A stretch of DNA of 24,000 nt from Flammeovirga sp. OC4 (GCF_000812565.1 NZ_JTAM01000049.1:19384-43383), one strand, 5' to 3'; shown: positions 1 through 8,606, numbered from the stretch's first letter. The notes: generated by a model from the sequence alone, not told the origin. Numbers and translations are program-made.

Positions 1-1
1 A

Positions 2-3000
2 GCTGTTCTAATTAATGATGACGGAAATGAAATAGTTGATTATGGTACGAATACATCATTTACGTTTGCAGCAGGAGATGGATTGGAAAGTGACGACGTA
101 GGCACTTCAAAGTTAATTACTTTAAAAGCGGTTTATGGGCATAAAGATGATATTACACAAGAGAAAGAACTTACTCAGGAGATATTATTAACATTTGAAC
201 CTTCCCTTCCAAACATTGAAGGTGGTACTACATTTAATTACTGTTTTGAAGGAGAGAACATCAAGAAACTAAAGACAGTTGATGCCATTGGATTAATTGA
301 ATGGAGAGAAGAGGAAGGAGGTACTGTTATAGGTACTGGCTTTGAATTTGATCCTCCAATCAAAAAAGAAATAGACGAAGATGTTACAAAAACATTCTAT
401 GTTACACAGTCCATTAATGGCTGTTCAAGTGAAACAGTAGAAGTAACAATTAACAGTTACAAGAAAACAGACAGACCTACATTAGTAAATGCAGGACCAT
501 TTGATATTTGTGAAGGTGATCCAATGCCTACTTTTGAAATTGCCTCAGGTGATAATGTGAAGTGGTATGATGATAAAGGAAATGTATTAGGTGAAGGCGT
601 TACTTTCACTTCTGGCTTTGAGACAACAGGTATTGATGATGAAGAGGAAGTCGAGTTTTTTATCACATCGACAGTCAATGAGTGTGAAAGTATGCCTGAA
701 AAAGTTACGGTGAAGATTAATCCAAAACCGTCAATTCCAGAAATCGAGGGTGACGTTTATGATTATTGTGCAGGTTCAAAAGGCTTGGATGACATCACTG
801 TAAGATCTGAGAGTAAAGCTTCATTTACTTGGTATACCAATAGTGAATTGACAGTGGAAGCAACCGGTGCTAACGGAAGAGATTTAAAATTACCAGACGC
901 TCCAGATGCCGTAGATGGTACACAGACATTTAGCTATTGGGTAGTCAAAACAATTGATGGGTGTGATAGTGACCCTCTCAAAGTGAGTTATGATATTTAT
1001 GAAAACCCACCTGTACCTTCTTTAGTAGATAATATTGATGTGTTTGATGTTTGTGCTTGGGATGACCCTGAAAATATCCAAACAATAAATGCAGTGGGTA
1101 CTGTATATTGGTATGAAGATAAGCCAGAAACGGTTGGGTATGATCAAGATATTTGGGACGGTGAAGACTTTACACCGGATTATGATACTGAAGTAAATTC
1201 AGATGTGAGTTATACTTACTACATAGCTCAAATGAACGATAACGGTTGTTTTAGTCCTTCTAAGAAGGTGACTGTAAATGTAAATGCTTTACCAGATATA
1301 CCTACGATTCCGGCCGAGTATGAAAACCTTGAAGTCTGTTCAGGTGATAACCTCCCGACCATGAAAGTGACGGGTCAAAATGTAAAGTGGTATGCTTCAG
1401 ATGATATGGATAATGCAGCGTTTGAAGGAGATACCTATACACCTGATTTAAGTTATAATGTAGTAGAGGATTCTTTAGTATATTATTACGTTACTTCTAC
1501 TTCAGGAAAAGGTTGTGAAGGAGATTTTGAAGTTGTTTCTGTTGAAATTAAAGCCTTGCCTGATGCACCTGAATTAGTAGAATTTGAGATTCCAAGTTAC
1601 TGTATCGGAGATAAAATTAAAGATATTACAGTCTTTGGTGAAAGCGGGGCAACTTTTGAATGGTTTACAAGTGAGACGATGGAGCTTGAGACAAAGGTAG
1701 ATCTAGAAGGAGATAATGCTATTTTGAAAGTAGAAGATGCAGCTCCAAGTGTTACTGAATTGGACTCTGTACATTATTGGGTGACGCAAACAACTCCTTT
1801 AGGATGTACAAGTTTACCATTGAAAGTGAGTATTCCTGTTTACCCCACTCCAAAATCACCAACATTGTCAAGTACTGATATCTATTATTGCTATGATGAT
1901 AATGGAGTGCCATTACAAGCTACAGGGGAATTTGGTAATATCACTTGGTATTTAGAAAGTGGATTTGAAATTCCACCAAGATTTATTACGCCAGATAACA
2001 GATTATTACCTATCCTTTCTGAATTTAAATCAGAAGAGAAAGATAAAACAATAACATTTTATGTAACTGATCAGAATGAAATAGGATGCGAAAGTGAACC
2101 TACGGCTGTTAATATTACCATTTATCAGAAAGTACCATTAGTTGGAGAGGAGTTACCAGAGGAAATAAACTATTGTGCAGGAGAGACAATTCAACCTATT
2201 GTGTTGACTGAAGGGGAGAATCTTCAATGGTATGCTGATGAAGACCTTAGTGAAAAGCTTGCTGATGGCTTGATTTTTATACCTAATATCTCCACAGATG
2301 TAACAGAAGATTTTTCTGTAGAATATTATGTTACACAAACCATCAATGGATGTGAAGGTGAACCTCAAGAAGTAGAAATCGAGGTGTATAGCTTGCCAGA
2401 AGCACCTGTTGTTGAACTAGATGATGCTTTACTATGTGTGGGAGACCGACTTGAAACCATGGAAGCTGAGGGTGTTGAAGAAGCTACATTTACATGGTAC
2501 ACTAATGAATCACTCACTAATAAAGTAGGTGATCAGAGCACTTTTGATCCAGATAGCTTAGCTCCAAATGTTGATGAAATTACAACGTTAGATTTTTGGG
2601 TAACTCAAACTACACCTGAAAATTGTACTAGTGAAGCAGCTAAAGTGAGCTTTACTGTTTATCCTATTCCTTCAAAACCTGGTATTGAGAGTACACATTA
2701 TGAGTACTGCTATGGTGTACCTGTTGAAGAATTGGTTGTAACAGGTAATATGGTGACATGGTATGAAGATGAAGAATTAACGGAAAATGTTAGAAGCGGA
2801 AATACTTTCAGACCGCCATTTATTCCTAATGAATCAACATCTAATACAGTATTAACGTATTACGTGACTCAGAAAAATGAGATTGGATGTGAAGGTGTTG
2901 CAGAAGAAGTGACCATCACACTTTACAAGGAGACCATTGCACCTAAGTTGACTCAAAATACCTTTGAATATTGTTCTGGAGCTGTACTCCAACCCATTAC

Positions 3001-5818
3001 AGTTGAGGGAGGAGTAAATATCAGGTGGTACAGTGACTCAGCTTTAGAAAATGAAGTAGGGACAGGAAATACCTTTACTCCACAAGATGATACTGATGTT
3101 ACGGAAGATATTACAGTGAATTATTTTTATACTGAAACTTTAAATGGGTGTGAAAGTAATTATGAAACTGTAAGCGTGATTGTTTACAATACACCAACCG
3201 CACCAAGTATTGTTGGTAATAATGAAATAAATTATTGTTCTGGAGATGTTTTACAACCTATTCTAGTTTTAGGCCAATCGGATAATCTTAGATGGTATGC
3301 AGATGAAGAGCAAAAAGAATTGTTATCTACAGAGAGTGAGTTTACACCTACTATAAATAACGTTACTACATCTGTACTCACAGAAGATTATTACGTGACC
3401 TACACAAAAAATAATTGTGAAAGTCCAGTGACAAAAATAACTGTAACTGTAAATCCTTTACCTGTTATTAGTTTATTGGGTATTACAGAGGGTGAAGTAC
3501 TATGTAAAACGGATGATAACCCTATCATACAAGCGTTCCCTTCAAATGGTACATTGACCTCTTCAACAGGTGCAGTAATTCGAAATAATGAAGAAATTTT
3601 ATTAGCGAATTCTCCATTAGGAGAGCACACACTGAATTATACTGTTACAAATGAAAATAACTGTGTGGAATCTCTCACCTTAAAGTTTACGATTGTGGAT
3701 GTTCCAGAGGTGAAATTCACTGAAACAGTAATATGTGATTCGAAAGAAGTGACTTTCAATGATGAGACTTTCATTGCCGAAGATGATAATCTTACTGAAA
3801 TCTTGGAGTGGAGATATAACTTCGGGGACAATGAAGGAAGTATTGTATTGTACACGGAAGAAGCTGCAAGAGAATACACTCATACTTATAAAGAAAGAGG
3901 AAGTCATGATGTGACATTGACAGTGATTACCAACCAAAACTGTAGCGAAATTAGTTATGAGAAATCAATATTTATCAATTCACCTCCATCAGTTGAATTT
4001 GATTGGTATGTTTCTGAATTTGGTAGTGAAATGGTTTTCGAAGAGCATTTAGAAATCTATAATGATGATATTATTGTCACTCGCCTTTGGGATTTTGGAG
4101 ACGGTACAACATCAACGGAAATTGATCCAAAGCATCAGTATTCTAGCGTAGGAACTTATACGGTTACTTATGAAGTGGTTACTGAAAAAGGATGTTCGAA
4201 TTTATTAGAAAAAGAGGTTTACGTTTTACCTCATCCAGTATTACTTTCAGATGAAGATGCTTACTTCCAAAACTTTGATATAGATGATGGCGATTGGAAA
4301 GCGACTTCAAATGATACGAATATCAGCTGGGAATATGGAATTCCGACTACTCCGAATTTCAGTTCAGCCAACAATGCTTGGGTTACGAATTTAGATTCTA
4401 CATATTTTGAAAATGAAGAATCATTCTTAAACCTTCCTTCCTTTGATATTTCAGGTTTATCAAAACCAATGTTATCATTTGATATGAAAATTGATATTGA
4501 AGAAGGTATTGATGGAGCCATTTTACAATACTCCTTAGATTCAGGTCAAACGTGGTTCTTATTGGGAGATATAAGTGATCCTATTAATTGGTACAACAGC
4601 CAATCAATTTTAGCGGATCCCGGTAATCAAATTTTTGGAACAAATACGTTATCAAAAGGATGGACTGGTGATAACAGCACTTTTGGTCAAGACAATGCGG
4701 AATATATATCTGTAAGACACCATCTAGATAATTTCATTGGAGAAGAACATCTTCGTTTAAGGTTTGCCTTTAAGTCAAATTCAGCTCAAGAATATGAAGG
4801 ACTAGTGATCGACAATTTCTTTGTTGGTAATAGAAACAAAGTGGTATTAATAGAATCGATGACCAATGCAGGGCAAGAAGCTAGTAATCGATCAATGTCT
4901 GCTTTAGGAGAACATTTAGCAACAATGGAATCGGATGTTTTGAGTGTCAATTACCATATTAATTTAGAAGGCTTTATTGATCAACTTAATAAGGATAATT
5001 TGGAAGCATCAAGTGGTAGAAAGTTCTTCTACGGAATCACCAATGCTCCAAGAACGATTGTAGATGGTAATACATTCCAAGATCATACAGATGAATTCTT
5101 AAAGAATTTTGAAAACTATGTCTATGGAAGAACATTGCTTGATCCTGAATTCAGTATTGATTTGGATTTGGATGATCTCAACTCTTCAGGTAAAATTGGG
5201 GTAACGCTGACCTCACATGGTACTTTTGATGCTTCGAATTCTGAGATTTTATTACATGTTGTGATGATTGAAAAATCGATTACTGGAATAGAAATGACAG
5301 ATGATATCAGTGCCCATTTGAATGTAATGAAATCAATGAGTCCAGCTCCAGGAGCAGAGGGAACAAGTTTCTTTGGAAGATCATGGAGTAAAGGAAGTAG
5401 TGAAAAAGTGTATGTCAATTGGGCCAATAGAAGTGTATACAGCACTAATGCTGTAGAGCTGATTCTTTTTGTACAAGACAATACTTCGAAAGAAATCTTC
5501 CAAGCCATGTCTTATCAATTAGACCCCAATTTACTTACAACAGGTATCGTAAATGATATTGAGTTGGCGGAAGATTTAGAATGGAATATATACCCTAATC
5601 CTGCAAGCTCACTTATTCAGGTATCAACCACTGAATTTATTCAAAGAGGAAATTGGGAAATATCAAATATAAATGGTCAAAAAGTCAAGGAAGGAGCTTT
5701 CTCGGGAAATCGATATTCAGTAAACGTCGATGACCTAGCTTCTGGTGTGTATTTGATTAGAAATTTAAGTGATGGTAAATATCTACCGAAAACACTAAGA
5801 TTTGTAGTATCAAAATAG
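2..5818 (+). CDS. Giant acidic cell-surface adhesin-like protein secreted by the type IX secretion system, truncated at its 5' end by the window edge. Domain order: at least 12 tandem two-Cys Ig-like modules, 2 PKD domains, a jelly-roll (MAM / choice-of-anchor-J-like) domain, a Cys-less thioredoxin-like (Omp28-related-like) region, and a T9SS C-terminal sorting domain.
   Basis: Frame 2 is open from nt 2, so the TTG at 83 in the track is not a real start. Modules repeat the pattern C-x-G...WY...YYVTQ..NGCES..V.V.V...P, as in Cytophaga CHU_C-associated Ig-like repeats. PKD signatures W.(Y/D)FGD(N/G) occur at ~3808-3830 and ~4088-4105. The C-terminus WNIYPNPASSLIQV...GVYLIRN...LRFVVSK matches the TIGR04183-type Por/T9SS CTD pattern. 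A strong terminator follows. Confidence 0.85.
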   Translation, partial: AVLINDDGNEIVDYGTNTSFTFAAGDGLESDDVGTSKLITLKAVYGHKDDITQEKELTQEILLTFEPSLPNIEGGTTFNYCFEGENIKKLKTVDAIGLIEWREEEGGTVIGTGFEFDPPIKKEIDEDVTKTFYVTQSINGCSSETVEVTINSYKKTDRPTLVNAGPFDICEGDPMPTFEIASGDNVKWYDDKGNVLGEGVTFTSGFETTGIDDEEEVEFFITSTVNECESMPEKVTVKINPKPSIPEIEGDVYDYCAGSKGLDDITVRSESKASFTWYTNSELTVEATGANGRDLKLPDAPDAVDGTQTFSYWVVKTIDGCDSDPLKVSYDIYENPPVPSLVDNIDVFDVCAWDDPENIQTINAVGTVYWYEDKPETVGYDQDIWDGEDFTPDYDTEVNSDVSYTYYIAQMNDNGCFSPSKKVTVNVNALPDIPTIPAEYENLEVCSGDNLPTMKVTGQNVKWYASDDMDNAAFEGDTYTPDLSYNVVEDSLVYYYVTSTSGKGCEGDFEVVSVEIKALPDAPELVEFEIPSYCIGDKIKDITVFGESGATFEWFTSETMELETKVDLEGDNAILKVEDAAPSVTELDSVHYWVTQTTPLGCTSLPLKVSIPVYPTPKSPTLSSTDIYYCYDDNGVPLQATGEFGNITWYLESGFEIPPRFITPDNRLLPILSEFKSEEKDKTITFYVTDQNEIGCESEPTAVNITIYQKVPLVGEELPEEINYCAGETIQPIVLTEGENLQWYADEDLSEKLADGLIFIPNISTDVTEDFSVEYYVTQTINGCEGEPQEVEIEVYSLPEAPVVELDDALLCVGDRLETMEAEGVEEATFTWYTNESLTNKVGDQSTFDPDSLAPNVDEITTLDFWVTQTTPENCTSEAAKVSFTVYPIPSKPGIESTHYEYCYGVPVEELVVTGNMVTWYEDEELTENVRSGNTFRPPFIPNESTSNTVLTYYVTQKNEIGCEGVAEEVTITLYKETIAPKLTQNTFEYCSGAVLQPITVEGGVNIRWYSDSALENEVGTGNTFTPQDDTDVTEDITVNYFYTETLNGCESNYETVSVIVYNTPTAPSIVGNNEINYCSGDVLQPILVLGQSDNLRWYADEEQKELLSTESEFTPTINNVTTSVLTEDYYVTYTKNNCESPVTKITVTVNPLPVISLLGITEGEVLCKTDDNPIIQAFPSNGTLTSSTGAVIRNNEEILLANSPLGEHTLNYTVTNENNCVESLTLKFTIVDVPEVKFTETVICDSKEVTFNDETFIAEDDNLTEILEWRYNFGDNEGSIVLYTEEAAREYTHTYKERGSHDVTLTVITNQNCSEISYEKSIFINSPPSVEFDWYVSEFGSEMVFEEHLEIYNDDIIVTRLWDFGDGTTSTEIDPKHQYSSVGTYTVTYEVVTEKGCSNLLEKEVYVLPHPVLLSDEDAYFQNFDIDDGDWKATSNDTNISWEYGIPTTPNFSSANNAWVTNLDSTYFENEESFLNLPSFDISGLSKPMLSFDMKIDIEEGIDGAILQYSLDSGQTWFLLGDISDPINWYNSQSILADPGNQIFGTNTLSKGWTGDNSTFGQDNAEYISVRHHLDNFIGEEHLRLRFAFKSNSAQEYEGLVIDNFFVGNRNKVVLIESMTNAGQEASNRSMSALGEHLATMESDVLSVNYHINLEGFIDQLNKDNLEASSGRKFFYGITNAPRTIVDGNTFQDHTDEFLKNFENYVYGRTLLDPEFSIDLDLDDLNSSGKIGVTLTSHGTFDASNSEILLHVVMIEKSITGIEMTDDISAHLNVMKSMSPAPGAEGTSFFGRSWSKGSSEKVYVNWANRSVYSTNAVELILFVQDNTSKEIFQAMSYQLDPNLLTTGIVNDIELAEDLEWNIYPNPASSLIQVSTTEFIQRGNWEISNINGQKVKEGAFSGNRYSVNVDDLASGVYLIRNLSDGKYLPKTLRFVVSK
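242..3466 (+). repeat. Array of 12 tandem ~86-96-codon Ig-like modules, each with one N-terminal Cys and one GC(E/D/T)S Cys; a 13th, more divergent module follows to ~3700.
   Basis: The first Cys codon of each module sits at 242, 509, 767, 1052, 1337, 1601, 1889, 2174, 2435, 2708, 2972 and 3236, all in the same frame. The WY and YxVTQ..GC.S motifs recur in every unit. Confidence 0.85.
3704..4232 (+). other. Two consecutive PKD domains within the adhesin ORF.
   Basis: WRYNFGDNEGS...HTYKERGSHDVTLTVITNQNCS and WDFGDGTTSTEIDPKHQYSSVGTYTVTYEVVTEKGCS match the classical PKD pattern WxFGDG..S....H.Y...G.Y.V.L.V. Confidence 0.8.
5582..5815 (+). other. T9SS (Por) C-terminal sorting domain of the adhesin.
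   Basis: The last ~78 aa read W.IYPNPASS.I.V... N..G..V...........V....L..GVYL.R......... K..V.K, the typical type-A CTD pattern. Confidence 0.85.
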
Positions 5819-5833
5819 TCTTTATAAACAGGA

Positions 5834-5869
5834 AGGCCTCTCAAGTGAAAATTTGAGAGGCCTTTTTTT
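5834..5869 (+). terminator. Rho-independent terminator of the adhesin gene. It may also act bidirectionally for the convergent rluE-like gene.
   Basis: A perfect 11-bp stem pairs aggcctctcaa (5834-5844) with ttgagaggcct (5853-5863) around an 8-nt loop. A T7 run follows at 5863-5869. Confidence 0.85.
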
Positions 5870-6557
5870 ATTTTTTTCTTCTGACTCCACCTGTTCTCAT
5901 TCTTGTTTTATAAGAACTATTTTTTTGAAATGGTTTTTTCTTTGGAGGGGGAGTGAGATCTTCATTTTTAATTTTTAAAAGTGGAAGTAACTCATTCCTT
6001 TTTAATTCAATAACACCACCAATAGGCAGCTTTTCAATTCTAAGATTCTGAATACTAATTCTTTTTAATCTTAAGGTTGGAAAACCCACAGAAGCGGTCA
6101 TCTTTCTGACTTGTCTATTTTTTCCCTCATGAATTGTCAATTCAATAAATGAAGTCGGTATATTCTTTCTGAAACGAACAGGAGGATCTCTATCTTCAAG
6201 GTTTTTAGGTTTGTCAACCTTTTTACATTGAGCCGGCAATGTTTTGTATTGTTCCTTGTTGACCGTAATCTCTGTTCCTTTTCTTAATTTCTGAAGAGCT
6301 TCTTCCGTAATATCTCCATCCACTTGTACCAGGTAGGTTTTTTGATGTTCAAATTTGGGATGAAGCAAACGATGATTGAGTGCTTTATCATTAGTGATAA
6401 TTAATAGACCTTCACTATCTAAATCAAGACGCCCCACCGGGTAAACATCACTAGGGAAATTACCCAAGGATTTTAATGTTTTTCTTCCATCTTGGTCCGA
6501 AAACTGAGGAAGTACCCCATAGGGTTTGTTGATGATAAAGTACCTGTATTGTTGCAT
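5868..6557 (-). CDS. rluE: RsuA/RluE-family rRNA pseudouridine synthase without an S4 domain (RluE-like, 23S rRNA U2457 type), with a basic K/R-rich C-terminal tail.
   Basis: ATG start. The catalytic motif GRLDLDSEGLLIITND is present. NKPYGVLPQFSD...GRKTL, IPTSFIELTIHEGKNRQVRKMTA and VGFPTLRLKR are collinear with E. coli RluE as I recall it. The start lies 5 nt downstream of the acyl-CoA dehydrogenase stop on the same strand, so the two are likely co-transcribed. Confidence 0.8.
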   Translation of the reverse strand: MQQYRYFIINKPYGVLPQFSDQDGRKTLKSLGNFPSDVYPVGRLDLDSEGLLIITNDKALNHRLLHPKFEHQKTYLVQVDGDITEEALQKLRKGTEITVNKEQYKTLPAQCKKVDKPKNLEDRDPPVRFRKNIPTSFIELTIHEGKNRQVRKMTASVGFPTLRLKRISIQNLRIEKLPIGGVIELKRNELLPLLKIKNEDLTPPPKKKPFQKNSSYKTRMRTGGVRRKK

Positions 6558-6562
6558 ATATT

Positions 6563-7723
6563 TTATTTGAAACTTGGAATACCTGTTATTTCAGCTCCCA
6601 AAATTAATAAATGAATGTCATGTGTGCCCTCATATGTGATGACAGATTCTAAATTCATCATGTGTCTCATGATTGGATAATCACCGGTGATACCCATTCC
6701 ACCAAGAATCTGCCTTGCTTCTCGAGCAATTTTTAATGCCATTTCAACATTATTACGCTTGGCCATAGAGATTTGTGCAGTAGTTGCTTTTCCGACATTC
6801 TTTAGCTGACCTAACCTCAAAGCTAACAGTTGTGCTTTTGTTATTTCTGTTAACATCTCCGAAAGCTTTTTTTGCGTAAGTTGAAATCCACCTATAGGCT
6901 GATCAAATTGTATTCTTTCTAAAGAATAATTCTTAGCTGTTTCATAGCAGTCAATGGCAGCTCCAATTGCTCCCCAAGCAATACCGTAGCGTGCATTATC
7001 AAGACATTTAAGGGGAGCACCCAAACCATCTTTGAGTGGTAAAATATTCTCTTCTGGAATAATTACATTGTCAAACACCAATTCTCCTGTTACACTTGCT
7101 CTCAATGACCATTTATTATGAATTTCAGGAGCCGTAAAGCCGTTCATTCCCTTTTCAACAATCACACCTTTTACTCTTCCTTCTTCATTTTTAGCCCAAA
7201 CGATAGCAATATCAGCAATAGGAGAATTGGTAATCCACATTTTCGCCCCATTTAATACATAATGATTTCCTTCTTTTTTTAAAGTAGTTTCCATTCCAGA
7301 GGGGTTTGAACCATGATTTGGTTCTGTCAGCCCGAAACACCCTAAGTATTCACCTGTAGCCAATTTTGGTAAAAACTTCTTTTTCTGAGTTTCTGAGCCA
7401 AATTCATAAATAGGAAACATAACTAATGAACTTTGAACAGAAGCCATAGAACGAAGGCCAGAGTCGCCTTTTTCGACTTCTTGCATAATCAGGCCATAGG
7501 AAATATAATCCATACCGCCACCGCCATATTCAGTTGGAATGGCAGGGCCGAAAAGTCCCATTTCTCCAAATTGACCAACTAACTGTTGTGGGAATGTAGC
7601 CTTCTGGGCATAATCCTCGATGATAGGTTTTACATTTTTTTGAATGAAGTCTGTGGTTGACTTCTGAATAAGGACTTGATCTTCAGAGAGCAAGTCTTCA
7701 ATAGCATAAAAGTCAGTGTTCAT
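6563..7723 (-). CDS. gcdH: Acyl-CoA dehydrogenase of the glutaryl-CoA dehydrogenase type.
   Basis: GCFGLTEPNHGSNPSGMET, WITNSPIADI and ITYEGTHDIHLLILG..ITG match glutaryl-CoA dehydrogenase signatures, including the YEGT catalytic-base region. The track ORF starts at a TTG (7759). The first ATG, at 7723 (MNTDFYAIEDLL...), is the more likely start. Confidence 0.8.
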   Translation of the reverse strand: MNTDFYAIEDLLSEDQVLIQKSTTDFIQKNVKPIIEDYAQKATFPQQLVGQFGEMGLFGPAIPTEYGGGGMDYISYGLIMQEVEKGDSGLRSMASVQSSLVMFPIYEFGSETQKKKFLPKLATGEYLGCFGLTEPNHGSNPSGMETTLKKEGNHYVLNGAKMWITNSPIADIAIVWAKNEEGRVKGVIVEKGMNGFTAPEIHNKWSLRASVTGELVFDNVIIPEENILPLKDGLGAPLKCLDNARYGIAWGAIGAAIDCYETAKNYSLERIQFDQPIGGFQLTQKKLSEMLTEITKAQLLALRLGQLKNVGKATTAQISMAKRNNVEMALKIAREARQILGGMGITGDYPIMRHMMNLESVITYEGTHDIHLLILGAEITGIPSFK

Positions 7724-7914
7724 ATTGTGTTGTGTGTTTATGGTTAGATTGTTATTCAATAATCTAAAGTTACATTATCAAGTTTTTTTTGAAAGGAAAA
7801 GGACTTAGTTTATTTAGAAAATGTAAGGAATATTTAAAGGAATTGTATAAAAAAGTAAATAACCTTTTGTAGCTTCGTGTTTTATTAGAAATTAAAAAAA
7901 GAAAATTAATAAAT

Positions 7915-8331
7915 ATGGCATTTGAAGTAGTAGGCAAGATCGAAAAGATCATGGATACAGCACAAGTGACAGCGACTTTCAAAAAAAGAGAATTCGTTCT
8001 TTTGATTCAGGAAGGAAGCTACCCACAATACATTAAGTTCCAAGCAACACAAGACCGTTGTAACTTATTGGATTCTTACAATGAGGGTGACGACATTGCT
8101 GTTACATTTGACTTAAAAGGTAGACCTTTTGATAAAGGTGGTGAAACAATTTATTTCACAAACCTTGAAGCATGGAGAATCAACCCAGCTGCACAAGCAC
8201 AAGCTCAACCTGCTGCTGCACCTCAGCAACAACCTACTTACGGTTCACCTGCTCCGACACAAACAAATACACCTCCACCTCCACCACCGCCAGTAGGAGG
8301 AGATGATATTGATGGTGATTTGCCATTCTAG
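7915..8331 (+). CDS. DUF3127-family OB-fold protein with a Q/A/P-rich disordered linker and an SSB-like acidic C-terminal tip.
   Basis: The N-terminal ~95 aa (M.FEV.GKI..I.D..QV...F.KREFVL......YPQ.I.F....D.C..L......D...V.F.L.GR.......YF.NL.AW.I) fit the DUF3127 pattern. The tail reads AAQAQAQPAAAPQQQPTYGSPAPTQTNTPPPPPPPVGGDDIDGDLPF. A terminator follows. Confidence 0.8.
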   Translation: MAFEVVGKIEKIMDTAQVTATFKKREFVLLIQEGSYPQYIKFQATQDRCNLLDSYNEGDDIAVTFDLKGRPFDKGGETIYFTNLEAWRINPAAQAQAQPAAAPQQQPTYGSPAPTQTNTPPPPPPPVGGDDIDGDLPF

Positions 8332-8358
8332 TAAATACTTTATTAAAATGTATTTCAA

Positions 8359-8391
8359 AGCTACCTCTTGTATCTAAGGGGTAGCTTTTTT
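8359..8391 (+). terminator. Rho-independent terminator of the DUF3127 gene.
   Basis: The stem pairs agctacc (8359-8365) with ggtagct (8380-8386), and a T6 run extends to 8391. Confidence 0.7.
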
Positions 8392-8402
8392 ATTTATCAA
8401 TG

Positions 8403-8435
8403 AAGACGTTTCAGGATTAAAAAAAGACGTTTCAG
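8403..8435. repeat. Two perfect copies of the 12-mer AAGACGTTTCAG, 21 bp apart, with degenerate copies downstream.
   Basis: The copies lie at 8403-8414 and 8424-8435. Related ACTTCAG (8448-8454) and CGACGTT (8465-8471) continue a ~20-21-bp phase. Confidence 0.6.
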
Positions 8436-8606
8436 TTTAAAAAGATTACTTCAGCTTTTAAAATCGACGTTATTATAAACACGAGGATAAATAGACAGTT
8501 TAGAAATAACGAAATAAAGAGGTAATAAAAGAATTTTGTAGTATATAAACTCAGATTAACAGTTTATTGATAAATCATATCAATAAAGCATTTATTAGTT
8601 TTTTGA

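Noticed and set aside
457-5508. Seven minus-strand ORFs of 71-128 aa inside the adhesin gene (457-678, 2153-2368, 3400-3630, 3637-3879, 3680-3937, 4261-4521, 5122-5508).
   Set aside because: All lie fully antisense to a long ORF with strong domain signatures. Their products are low-complexity (S/F/I/L-rich mirror translations) with no motifs. They are shadow ORFs.
7770-7982. A 70-aa minus-strand ORF spanning the dehydrogenase/DUF3127 intergenic region.
   Set aside because: It overlaps the DUF3127 start region antisense. Its product is AT-rich-derived F/L/I/K/N sequence with no recognisable features. It is most likely a spurious product of the AT-rich promoter region.
8272-8295. A run of seven proline codons in the DUF3127 tail, and the His-codon run at the CDF N-terminus (11290-11320), considered as nucleotide-level repeats.
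   Set aside because: Both are explained by protein-level low-complexity or metal-binding segments. Codons are mixed (cct/cca/ccg; cat/cac), so these are not DNA microsatellites.
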